Notes under the pieces: model-generated
Told to the model about the DNA's origin: nothing
The model's database searches: none
What the model saw: only the letters and a program-made list of their open reading frames with translations
Part shown: positions 1-11,530 of the stretch, piece by piece
Numbering within the stretch: the first letter of the stretch is position 1
Layout of the letters: the number at the start of each line of letters is the position of its first letter
Source of the DNA: the human T2T-CHM13v2.0 reference genome, Homo sapiens
Length of the DNA: 64,000 nucleotides
Direction: 5' to 3' (one strand)
Assembly: GCF_009914755.1 (NCBI RefSeq)
Contig: NC_060928.1
Position numbers and translations under genes: made by a program

Positions 1-362
1 TTTTCAAAAGCAGAGATGGCCAGAGTCTCAACAAACTGTATCTTCAAGTCTTTGTGAAATTCTTTGCATGTGGCAGATTATTGGATGTAGTTTCCTTTAA
101 CTAGCATATAAATCTGGTGTGTTTCAGATAAATGAACAGCAAATTGTGGTGGAATTACCATTTGGAACATTGTGAATGAAAAATTGTGTCTCTAGATTAT
201 GTAACAAATAACTATTTCCTAACCATTGATCTTTGGATTTTTATAATCCTACTCACAAATGACTAGCTTCTCCTCTTGTATTTTGAAGCAGTGTGGGTGC
301 TGGATTGATAAAAAAAAAAAATGAAGGATGACCTTTCCTGAACAGAATTATGGATTTATGTC

Positions 363-729
363 TGTATTAGTTCATTTTCACACTGCTACAAAGAACTGTT
401 TGAGACTGGGTAATTTATAAAGGAAAGAGGTTTAATTGACTCACAGTTTCACATGGCTGGGGAGGCCTCAGGAAACTTAGAATCATGGGAGAAAGTGAAG
501 GGGAAGCAAGGCACATCCTACATGGCATCAGGAGAGAGAAAGAGTGAGTCGGGGACTGCCAAACACTTTCAAACCATCAGATCTTGTGAGAGCTCACTCA
601 CTATCATGAGAACAGCATGGGGGAAACCACCCCCATGATCCAATCCCCTCCCACCAGTTCCCTCCCTCAACATGTGAGGATTGCAATTTGAGATGAGATT
701 TCAGTGGGGACACAGAGCAAACCATATCA
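363..729 (-). mobile_element. Solo LTR, ERVL-MaLR THE1 family (THE1D-like)
   Basis: Runs from TGTATTAGTTCATTTTCACACTGCT to GACACAGAGCAAACCATATCA, the reverse complement of a THE1 LTR; contains GGGGAGGCCTCAGGAAACTT and AAACCATCAGATCTTGTGAGA. Confidence 0.9.
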
Positions 730-944
730 ATATTTTATGTGATTCTACCTATAGATACTCCCCCTTCCTTCACCCCTCTTCCTTCATCCTGTTTAACAGA
801 ATTTACCTTCTTGAATTTCACCTTTTCAGGACATGTTATTTTTATCCTAGGAAATCTGTAATCATGACCAATGAGTGTCATTTAACCCCAAATATCTTGT
901 CGCCTTTAATAGTATCTTCTGGAGAAAATTTTATTTAAGAAACT

Positions 945-1145
945 CATATATGATGTTTACTAGGTGCCAGGCACTTCTTGAATCACCTTTTAAATATAAT
1001 GACAGAACTCTGAGGTTACCCTTAGTTAAGATCCCCATTACAGGGGCACAAAGAGGTTAAGTGACTTCTCCAGGTCACATGGGTATGTATGATCAGAGCT
1101 GGGGTTCACATCTAAAGAGCCTGGAACCAGGGCTTGTGTTCTAAG
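945..1145 (-). mobile_element. MIR SINE fragment
   Basis: GTGCCAGGCAC and GAGGTTAAGTGACTTCTCCAGGTCACA match the reverse complement of the MIR core. Confidence 0.75.
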
Positions 1146-1619
1146 CTCCTAGACATGTCACTTTTGGGTCTAGTGTAGTTTGAACAGCCAGTTAGGACGG
1201 GAAGACAGCATCTCAACAAGAGCATGCTGGAGAGATTTTTGTGACCCCTTAAACCAAACCTGCTTTTCTTGTTCTGACATTAAGTATAATCTCAATTACT
1301 TAATGTCAAATCATTTTATTTGAAACTTTTATTTCCAGAACGAATAATTTAGGAAATAAAATAGAAGTAGGCTAGAAACATTTATAATTCTGCTTTCTGA
1401 AGGATGATAATTTTCTATTTTCTTAGCAAGATTTTCCATGTCTTCTTGAAAACTATGGCATGATACCTTGTTTTTGAAGCAAAAACCTTCAAGCAGCTGA
1501 CCATTTTTGAGAATTTTGTCATGCAGTTCAAGACATATCAGAGGTGAAATTATTAAGAGGTTATAAATCCAATGTGTTTTGCTGGCAGTCTAGATACTGA
1601 TTTTCTACCTCCTCAGTAG

Positions 1620-2490
1620 CCCCTATTCCATTTCCTGCTCTGTGTTCCTGCTCCCACCACCTCGGCTCAGGTCCTTATTTTTGTCTCTTAGATAATTATA
1701 TTGGCCCTGTAACTGGTCTCCTTGTTTCTGGTTTCACATTCCTTGAGTTCATGCTACAGAGAGCTGCCAGAGAGATTTTTCTAAATCACCTGTTATATCA
1801 CTGCTTAAAATACTTCAAAGGCTCCCCATCACTGTCATCGAGATAACCATAACATTGGTTTTATCTTATGTGCAGACATGGGTTAAGCACTTTAGGAATT
1901 ATTTTGTTACTAATATTCCTACAATCATTTTTTTTAACAGTGGAGGAAACTGAGGCTTAGAGAAGTTAAGTAAAAAATTGAAGATCATATAGTTAGTAAA
2001 TGGCAAAACCAGGACAGAAGCCAGTTTGATGACAAAGCCCATGCCCTTAGCTGCCACCCTGCAGTGAGGCTTGTTCACAGGCTGACGGCCCCGCTGTGGC
2101 ACATGAAGCTCTCTGTGATCTGGATGCTGACAAACTGTCCAGCCCCATCACCTGTCACCCTCCCAGAAGTGCATTTAGCTATTTGAAAATACCACAGTTC
2201 TCTCAAACACTGTTCCTCCCTGGTTGCTTCATCCCTGCTGTGTCCTTGGCTGGAATGCTTGTCCACCCCATCTCCTGGCACCTTCCCTAAAATGCTTGGA
2301 GAAATTGTACTTACCCTGGAAATCTCTGTTAAAGTCAGTTCTCTGAGAGGTTTGACTCAATTGTCTAGTCGGAGGGGAGCACTTGCTCTTCCATGTTGCT
2401 GTGATCACACACAGCTTTCACCTTGAGCTCCCACGTGCAGCCTGACGCTGAAGCTTTTGTTCACAAGTCTGTTTCCTCCATTAGACCAGT
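1620..2490 (+). mobile_element. L2 LINE 3' region interrupted by a minus-strand MIR (about 1860-2065)
   Basis: L2 motifs AACTGGTCTCCTTG, GCTGCCAGAGAGATTTTTCTAAA, CTGCTTAAAATACTTCAAAGGCTCCCCAT and CTGTTTCCTCCATTAGAC; MIR core GAGGAAACTGAGGCTTAGAGAAGTTAAGTAA. Confidence 0.65.
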
Positions 2491-3101
2491 GATAGCCAAA
2501 AGGTTTGACTGTGCCTCTTAAATTAAAACAATTTTGAGCATATCCCATATACAGGGTGTATGTACATATATATAAAATATAGTATATATGTACATGTACT
2601 GATGGGCTAATATTTTATGTACAGTATAAAACATCCCAAAAAGAAAACTTTAAAGCATGAGATAAAAGGTGAAATAAACAATATTTTAAAACTATTTGTA
2701 TTTTATTTTCTTGACAATACAAAATGTCTTTTTATTCTCACTGACCAGAACTTTTTTTTTAAGTGAGAACAATGTGATTGACAGACTTTTTCAGATTTTG
2801 AAAATCTTGATGTGACCCCATGGGGTACAATGATTCAAAGGTCTAGTGAAACTTTATTTCAGTTCTTGAGTTTAAAGACTGTCAAAGCTGAAATGATAAT
2901 CTCTTAATATATGCAGGTGCACACTGAAGAAATGAATCATTACCTGATAATCATTTTTCATTTTCGTCAATAAATAATGCAACTATTTTTGTTGCAATTT
3001 GACCAGTAGATTTTCATTTTCTCTGATGTCTACCCTTTGTTCTTACAAACTAATTGGAATAGGCTACATTTGTATATTTTAGTATTAAACCCTGGCTGTA
3101 C

Positions 3102-3411
<310 letters not shown>

Positions 3412-4007
3412 TGCTGTACTTTTTATTTGAAAAATATGAAATTGGGTTAGAAATTCTTCTTCCTAGTTAAATGTGCTATTATGATGTTTTAAAGAATAAT
3501 AAATTTAAATAATTTCCAGCCCCAAATCACTTGACTATAGAAATATTTTCAAGAATTTTCTTTCATTTCTTTTTGAAAATTTGCTTTCAAAGCAATTCAT
3601 GTTAGGGAATATATCATGCTTAGTATCCTAAAATATATGTCAGGTGACCAGCAACTAAAAGCCACTCGTCATCACAGAAAACGTCAACAAATTTGGAACA
3701 TCCATTTATCTGTTAAATAAAACTGAAATATCCTTAGGTTCCACAAGTATTTTAAGGATTTGCAAGAGATACCATTGGAACCTCAGTGGTACAAATGTCT
3801 GTATGATATAAAAACTTTTCCTAGTCACTCCCTATATCATTGCTACATTTTAAAGATTCCAGTATGGTTTAAATGTGAGTTTCTATAAAATTAATCATGA
3901 CCTCCTGTAGCATTTTTGCACTTCTATTATTTTGCTGCATGAACTTGCCTACAAGTAATGCACTGAATGAATTTGATTTAAGGCACCTTTGTAATCTTAC
4001 CCTAGAA

Positions 4008-4014
<7 letters not shown>

Positions 4015-4066
<52 letters not shown>

Positions 4067-4075
4067 GTCTGTCTG

Positions 4076-4128
<53 letters not shown>
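4015..4128. repeat. Compound microsatellite (CT)17(AT)9(GTCT)3(ATCT)12
   Basis: Read directly from the sequence. Confidence 0.98.
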
Positions 4129-4978
4129 AGATATTTGTCAGTTCCTGCTAAAGCCAAGTACTTTATCAATGATTATCAATGTACACAGTTTTTCTACAAA
4201 ATATTCATTTTCTTGAATTAAAGACTTCATATACTTTTGAGAACTTATCTCCAGTATCTTTCTTTCTTGGATTCCCAGAGAAGTAATTTTTTATTTCAGT
4301 ATTGAAATATAATTTGAAAATGCCATAAGCCGAGATATTCCAGCAACATATATTTTTTTATCCAACCATACAGGAAACTTCCTCCAATATGTAGTTTGTT
4401 TTAGTATTATTTATACTAATTTTCTGATATATTTTTCTTTGCATCTTCAACAGTACTTGCAAAAAAATACATTTTGGTTTGTTGCCATATTGTATTATTT
4501 TAGCCACTTTTAATTTGTACCCATGATGATCTTTCTAAACATTATGCTTGGCTTAAATTCTGTTAAGTTTTAAATTGAGTATTGCCTGACTTCAACCCTT
4601 GTTGAAAAAACAAATCCAGAAGTTTCTGCTGCTCAGATGTTAGTTTTTAAATAGCTTCCTAATCCCAATTGCTTCACAGTAACACTAACTAAACTCACAT
4701 CATAAGACACAATAAGGCAAAGTTCCTCTGTCACATATTCCAAATAACCCATATTCCAAATTATCTTCTTGACAATTTTGAGTATTTTCTCTACCTGTCA
4801 CATAGGATTAAGCAGTAATGGTATTAATCTCACAATATGATGAAAAGTATCCATAGGAGCACAGGCGAAGAGTCAGCTCTGCTGTATTCTTGTTTTTCTG
4901 TTGTGCTTGAAATGTGTTATCTTTAATTATTAACTTCCTTTCAGACGTATTTTAATAGGAATCATTTTGTGAGAGTCA

Positions 4979-5083
4979 ATTTCCTTGAAACTAGATAATT
5001 ATATGGAAATTCACTTAATCAGGCATAGTAAAACATAATATATTGCAAAATACTGAAAGAGAATGAATTGACGAGAAACCCTC
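4979..5083 (+). repeat. Dispersed direct repeat A, copy 1 (105 bp; partner 6562-6666)
   Basis: ATTTCCTTGAAACTAGATAATTATATGGAAATTCACTTAATCAGGCA... aligns ungapped to 6562-6666 at 96/105; the first 47 bp are identical. Confidence 0.95.
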
Positions 5084-5628
5084 CACCCTGCTGGGAGGTG
5101 GGTCCCCTTTTTGGTGAGGTCACCAAAGCACTGTGGGAAGTACATAACTGTCTGTCTGGCCCACAGACCAGACTGGACCAGGATACCACTGTAAATCCAC
5201 ATAGTAAAGTAGATTCAATGTTAGTTAGTGCTCATTTCCTTTTCATTTTGTAGATGAAAATAAATGTAGATAAGAATCCAGTGGGCTTGTTAGATAGTTG
5301 GGGGAAGAGCCTTCCAGGCACAGGGTTCTAAAGGTACAGGAGCCCTGAGACAGAAGTGTGCTTGGTATGGTCAAGGAAAAGTAAATGTGCCAATGTAGCT
5401 GGCACATATTTCCATGACAAATTATTATGAGAAGTCCAGGCTTTCACAGTGATAAAAATGAAAAACTCTCTCTCCTGGGAACTCTGGCCATGTGGTTATT
5501 TTCCCATCATTAAATGATTAATGCACAGGTCCTTTAAGAACAACTTTGCAATGTGGTCTTCGAATTTCCTCTTCATCCATTTCGGCTTCTCATGATGTAG
5601 CAGCCTACTGACCAGTCTCTAGAGCACC

Positions 5629-5980
5629 TGTATTCGTCCATTTTCACACTGCCGATAAAGACATACCTGAGACTAAGTAATTTATAAAGAAAAAGAGGTT
5701 TAATGAACTCACAGTTCCACATGGCTGGAAAGGCCTCACAATCATGGTGGAAGGAAAATGGCAGCAGACAAGAGAGAATGAGAGCCAAGCAAAAGGGGTT
5801 TCCCCTTATAAAACCATCAGATCTGGTGAGACTTACTTATTCACTACCAGGAGAATAGTATGAGGGAAACCGCCCCCATGATTTAATTTTCTCCCACTGG
5901 GTCCCTCCCATAACATGTGGGAATTATGGGAGCTACAATTCAAGATGAGATTTGGGTGGGGACACAGCCAAACCATGTCA
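5629..5980 (-). mobile_element. Solo LTR, THE1B/C
   Basis: TGTATTCGTCCATTTTCACACTGCCGATAAAGACATACCTGAGACT ... GGGGACACAGCCAAACCATGTCA; flanked by AGCAC(C)/AGCAC(T) target-site duplication. Confidence 0.93.
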
Positions 5981-6149
5981 AGCACTTATTTAACTGAATA
6001 ATCACTACAACCTCTTATGTAACAATTCTGATACAAATAATATTAATCTTTTCTCTTCTTCTGAAATGTATTCTCCCCGTGAGAGAAGAGGAATTTAAGG
6101 AGTGTCGAGGAGAATTTTAATACCTAGATCCTGTTTAGATCTGTACTAG

Positions 6150-6204
6150 ATCACTTAGTACTTAGAAAACATTCAAGAGTTTAAAAATTATTATTACCAT
6201 GTTT
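6150..6204 (+). repeat. Dispersed direct repeat B, copy 1 (55 bp; partner 7551-7605)
   Basis: ATCACTTAGTACTTAGAAAACATTCAAGAGTTTAAAAATTATTATTA(C/G)CATGTTT, 54/55 identical to the partner. Confidence 0.95.
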
Positions 6205-6561
6205 AACCTTGACACCATACCTAGAGCAAAGAAGAGTTTTGCTGTATTTTCTAATGTGTCTTAATTTCAGTTCTCCTTAAAAAAATAGATAATCCTATTT
6301 GGATATTTTTTGGAAACTAACCCATGGAAAGGATAAAAATATTTCAGTGCTGGTTAAGACTTACTGTGTAACTTTAAAGACATTTTTCAGAGCTTTAGTT
6401 TCCTCATCTGTAGAATAAGGTACTATGTAACGAAATTGCTGCCTTTGTAGATAAAAAAAATATTGGAATATTACTTAGTTTTATAGGTGAGAAATCTGAG
6501 ACCCAAAGAGTCAGTTAATAATATAACTTAGAAGGCTTTTTAAAGACTGTACATTAAGATG

Positions 6562-6666
6562 ATTTCCTTGAAACTAGATAATTATATGGAAATTCACTTA
6601 ATCAGGCACAGTAAAACATAATATATTGTAAAATGCTGAAAAAGAATGAGCTCATGAGAAAGCCTC
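6562..6666 (+). repeat. Dispersed direct repeat A, copy 2
   Basis: Aligns to 4979-5083 at an offset of 1583 bp. Confidence 0.95.
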
Positions 6667-7062
6667 TTTCTCTTTCTGTGTACCTGGCACACAGTAATCA
6701 TGCAGTAAAGGGGTTTGTCGTTAGTATTGTTATTCTAGTTAAAGGAGGAAGTAACTGTCTTCTAAACAAGTTTTATTTATTCAAAAATTAAGAAGAGCAG
6801 TAGTCCAATTCACTGAACTCCAGATATACAAATAAAATTAAGAGCACAAAAGCCAGATGGAACAACTTGCGATGATGCTTTTACCCAGTGCAAGTTTTCA
6901 TTTTTGATAAATATGACATTTCAGAAAATGTTTGCAGTATCAGTTACTAATCAAGATTACTTTGTTATTCAGTTTAATCAGTTTAAGAGAAGGGATCCTA
7001 AAATTATGTATTTTATTTGGCCAAATAAAATCAAATGATTGTCCCACTTAAAAATGGTACAA

Positions 7063-7359
7063 TTTTTTTTTTTTTAGACGGAATCTCACTCTGTCACCAG
7101 GCTGGAGTGCAGTGGCGTGATCTCGGCTCACTGCAACCTCTGACTCCCTGGTTCAAGCGATTCTCCTGCCTCAGCCTCCCGAGTCGCTGGGATTTACAGG
7201 CACATGCCACCATGCCCAGCTAATTTTTGTATTTTCAGTAGTTTCAACAAGGGGTTTCACCATGTTGGCCAAGATGGTCTTGATCTCCTGACCTCGTGAT
7301 CCGCCCACCTCAGCCTCCCAAAGTGCTAGGATTACAGGCATGAGCCACCGTGCCCCGCC
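7063..7359 (-). mobile_element. Alu (AluSc-like)
   Basis: Reverse-complement Alu with CTCTGTCACCAGG and GATGGTCTTGATCTCCTGACCTCGTG; TSD AATGGTACA. Confidence 0.96.
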
Positions 7360-7459
7360 AATGGTACAGATTTTTAAAAGGAAATACCTCAAGCTGTAAT
7401 TAATTGCGTATAATTCTGTTGAGCTCTATTTAGAGCAAATGGACTTTCAATATATTAGT

Positions 7460-7605
7460 CTTTGTGCCTCAGTTTCCTCATTTGTAACATGGGGATAGTC
7501 ATAACGCTCATTTCCAAGGAGTGTTTTCAGGTTAGAAATTATACATTCAAATCACTTAGTACTTAGAAAACATTCAAGAGTTTAAAAATTATTATTAGCA
7601 TGTTT
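7460..7605 (+). mobile_element. MIR 3' part, containing repeat B copy 2 (7551-7605)
   Basis: TGTGCCTCAGTTTCCTCATTTGTAACATGGGGATA is the MIR core, followed by a degenerate MIR tail ending in ATTATTATT. Confidence 0.8.
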
Positions 7606-8775
7606 GCGGTTATTCTAATTTTATCTAACTAACTTTTATGAAATTAAGGCATATCTGCTGTCTTCTACTCAGTGATTTTTGAGACCCGGATGTCATTGGA
7701 AGGGCTCCTGTAGTCCTTGGAGTCCCACCTTGTGAAGTGGCATTTAATAGTTTTAGAATGCTGCCTCACATTTGCTGAATAACCTATTGCCCTTTAATTG
7801 GAAACAGCATATGGAAATCATCACGAAGAGAAGAAATCATTTCAAGCACTTTGAAAATATAAAAGAAAATAAATTGTCCTTGGTAAGTAAATATAGGACA
7901 CTGATCTCTGAATAGTCAGGAAAATTCTGTGCCAGGGCCTTTGGCAAAGGCTAATGAGGATTTTGTTCCCTCCCCCACCTCCACCCCCACATGCTTGTCT
8001 TCTAAATTACAAGACCTTATTACTATATAAGGCTGCTTTTTCTAAGTAAATGATAATACATTCAACTCCTTGGAGTTTTTAGCTTTTCAAACAGTGGTGA
8101 GTTATTTTCATCAGTCGAGATCAAGCTAAAATGAAAAACAAAATCTGTGAGAGTCGGATAATACCATAGAAGTTACCTTTATTTTTTTTCTTTCATGAAA
8201 AACATAGCAGTTTCCATTGGATGGTGCTCAGCATAACTGCTATTAGATTGACTTGTGTAAATATTATATTACATTTATCGGTTGCTGTAGGGAGTCAAAA
8301 TGCAGTGATCCATTTTCAGGTCTCCAGTATTTTGGCTGCTGGCCTGCCAGATGGGGAAATGTTGATCAGAACAATTTTATCTCAGTGCAGAGCTGTGGTC
8401 AGGGAGAGGAAGTTCATTACTCCATCCTACCCGCATGCTACAATGACCAGATAGCTCCATGTTGACTAGGTTACTGTGGGTCCCTTCAGCTGCGGACACA
8501 GGACTGAGAGTAGACACAAATTCAATTAAGGATCCCATCATGTTATTTATTCCATTATGTTCTTCGTGATATCCAATTACCCTGACTCTCTGTTTCTCTT
8601 TCTTATTTGAGCTGGAAAATTCCTTCTTCTCTCTATTCACTGCTCCTATTCTCTTAATTGCCATTCTTTCTTTATCTAGATTTTTGAAGTCTCTTCTCCC
8701 TGTAGCTTCCTAAGCAAATTGAGACATTGAACCTAATATCGCCTTACCTGCAGAAGAAACAGAAGTGGTACCTGA

Positions 8776-8826
8776 TGTGTGTGTGTGCGTGTGTGTGTGT
8801 GTGTGTCTGTGAGAGAGAGAGAGAGA
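8776..8826. repeat. (TG)n(GA)n compound dinucleotide repeat
   Basis: Read directly. Confidence 0.95.
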
Positions 8827-10154
8827 ACACAGGAAGTCCGGCATAAATCTGTCTTAATTGATTTTCATGGAACTGTAAAAACATAGTATGGAAAGTTATT
8901 TCACCCTTATAGACATTGTGTGATTTTCCAGGAGTGCGTTTCAACAGTCCAGCACATCTCTCATAGAAAAATCTCTTTTCAGGTTTGTAAGATCCTTTAC
9001 TTCCTTTCATTGTACTTATCCTCCTCCCTTTCCCTGGCCAGCCACACAACTTCCTTATCAGACAAGCTTGTTTTGTCTAGTGAGGCTGCTCTCATGTTCT
9101 CCTGAATGTGTCATCCTCATTTGTCACCCGAGTCTCGAATTCTCACATGGGCTCAGTGTCCTGGAGCCACGGTGGCAAGGGAGACTGCAGTCATTGGAAC
9201 CCTTTCCTATTTGATACTTAGATATTATTGTTTTGATATAGCTAATGTTATGATATAGGGGCTTGTTCCTCACTGGTATTTCTAGTTAAATGATTTGCAT
9301 TTTTTTGCACTTATGTTGTCACCCTGCTCTTTGAAAGTAGGAACCACATCTTTTCATAGTTCTTGGCATATTCCAAAATAATGCTTTCAAGATGAATGAT
9401 TAACATATGCCACATAACATGTATAACTAGATACTTAAGGCAGGCTGATATACCTGTTGAAAGGTTGTTGAATAAATGAATGAATGACTGTACATCTTTT
9501 ATTGTTAGTTCAAGAGTGGCAACTATTGAAAAGCCTGATTTTGCTGAGGTTTTGCTTTTTTTTAAAAAAATAAGCAACTTATATAAAGAGTAATTAGAAG
9601 AGTGATATATATATATGTTGTACATGTGTGTGTTCAGATTTTTAATGTAATAGTATGTAGTAACAAGATGCAAATCCAAGAGCTTCAGTGGAAAGACTGT
9701 TGATTGAACTGAGAATCAGGAGACCTGAATTCGAGGTATGAGTCTAATTTCTCTTACCTCCATTACCTTAACTATATCACTGACACTACCTGGCTCTCAG
9801 TTGCTCTATTTATAAAACAAAAAATTTAGAGTTGATGATTTTAAGGTTCTTTTTGATTAGAACTATTTTAAATCAAGACAATAATGAGAGAAAGAAAATG
9901 CCCATGAGTGGTCATATTGTCTCAGTGAATTTGAAAAATAAGGAAGTGTTTTCTGGAAAGGATAATTATTTATACAGTATTGTTTGGGGATTTTATTTGA
10001 ATTTCTCCAAATTATAATTTGTATCTTTGTTTAAAAAAGAGAAGAGCTCTCAAAATGCTACCAATTTAGTGTGTACCTTACTAGATCTTTTTTTATGCCT
10101 AAAATGGTATTTTAGCAAATTACTATTGAATTCAGCCTTTTCCAATGCAGCTCC

Positions 10155-10458
10155 TTTTTAATTATTTTATTATTTTTATTTTTCTTAGGAAACAGTTTGC
10201 CCAGGCTGGACTGTAGTGGCACCATCATAGCTCACTACAGCCTCCAACTCCAAGTGTTCCTCCCACCTCAGCCTCCTAAGTAGCTAGGACCACAGGTGTG
10301 TGCCACCACACCCAGCTAATTTTTTTTTTTTCTATTTTTTGTAGAGACAGGGTCTCGCTTTGTTGCCAAGGCTGGTCTTGAAATCCTAGTTTCAAGTTAT
10401 TCTCCCACCTCAGCCTTCCGAAGTGCTGGATTACAAGTGTGAGACACTGAGCCTGGCC
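10155..10458 (-). mobile_element. Alu (AluJ)
   Basis: Reverse-complement Alu with J-type ATCATAGCTCACTACAGCCTCC and GTAGAGACAGGGTCTCGCT. Confidence 0.93.
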
Positions 10459-11039
10459 CTTTTGAAAAATAAATGCTTAATTATTTTCTTTTCCTTATAA
10501 CTTTTTAAAATAATGAAGCAGTTCCCCACCATACGAAAATGTAATCAATATGTTTTTTAAAAAACGTCATTAACAGTGCATGGATTTAAACACAATTGAT
10601 CTTTTTATAAATCTAACTTCTTTACTCAAACTTTGGATCCAATATGATTTATAGCTTTTATGTTTTGTTTCCCTTCCCCCACTAGAAATCCCAAAGAAAC
10701 AACTGATACAGACCATCTTGTAGAGTTAAAACCATTCATTTCCATTATTAAAACTGCTACAATACTCTGACTTAGCTGTCTACTTCTATGAAGCATTCAA
10801 ATTTGATGGAAATGGGAGAAGAGAGGATATGTTTGACATTGTTCATCTATTCCTTAAACCGCTCATTTGGGTAAATATGTCAAAGAGAAAAAGGAGTCAT
10901 TGGTATACTTGGACTTGATTAGTATAGTGCCACATCTTAAAATGCACTGTTTCAATCAAATCATGGCTGTGTCCTACAAATGACTTCTTTACAGTCTATA
11001 CTGTAAACCCCTAAAATAACTAGAATTGAAAATGGCTTT

Positions 11040-11530
11040 AATTTTTGAAATATAAAAATGACACATTGTCATTATAAAAGTAATTCAAACATTACAGAAA
11101 AGGATAAAAATAAAGTAAAAACTATACCAGCCAGAAATACCACATTATTAACACTTTGGGGAGAAAGTTTTCAGACCCCTCTGTACACACAGCAACTCAC
11201 AATCTCTCTTACCTTCCATTCCATGAAAAGGAATGGTACTTAATGTGCTTTCTTATTAAATGACACATCATGGACGTCTTTCCATGTCCATGAATACTGA
11301 TTTACATCATAATTTTTAATGGCTGTGTAGTATTATACATTATATAGATTGACCGTTATTGACTTAACTAATTCCCTATTGAACATGTAGGTTATTTCTA
11401 ATTTTTAACCATTACAGATAGTGTTGAGATGAATACTTTTGTATATGTAAAAGATATTTACGCACTTTTCTGATCATCCCTCTAGAATAAATTCCTAAAT
11501 GTGGAGTTGCTTAGTATGAGAATATGATAA
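11040..11530 (-). mobile_element. Ancient L1 (L1ME-like) 3' fragment
   Basis: TTTTTAATGGCTGTGTAGTATT, AATTCCCTATTGAACATGTAGGTTATTTCTA and TAAATTCCTAAATGTGGAGTTGCT are typical antisense L1M 3'-end motifs. Confidence 0.7.

Noticed and set aside
2488-2830. Possible hAT-type DNA transposon remnant
   Set aside because: AT-rich and lacking terminal inverted repeats I can verify.
3897-4130. Low-complexity ORFs (SLSLSL, SIYLSIYL; also 31024-31248 and 32381-32604)
   Set aside because: Translations of microsatellite or polypurine tracts.
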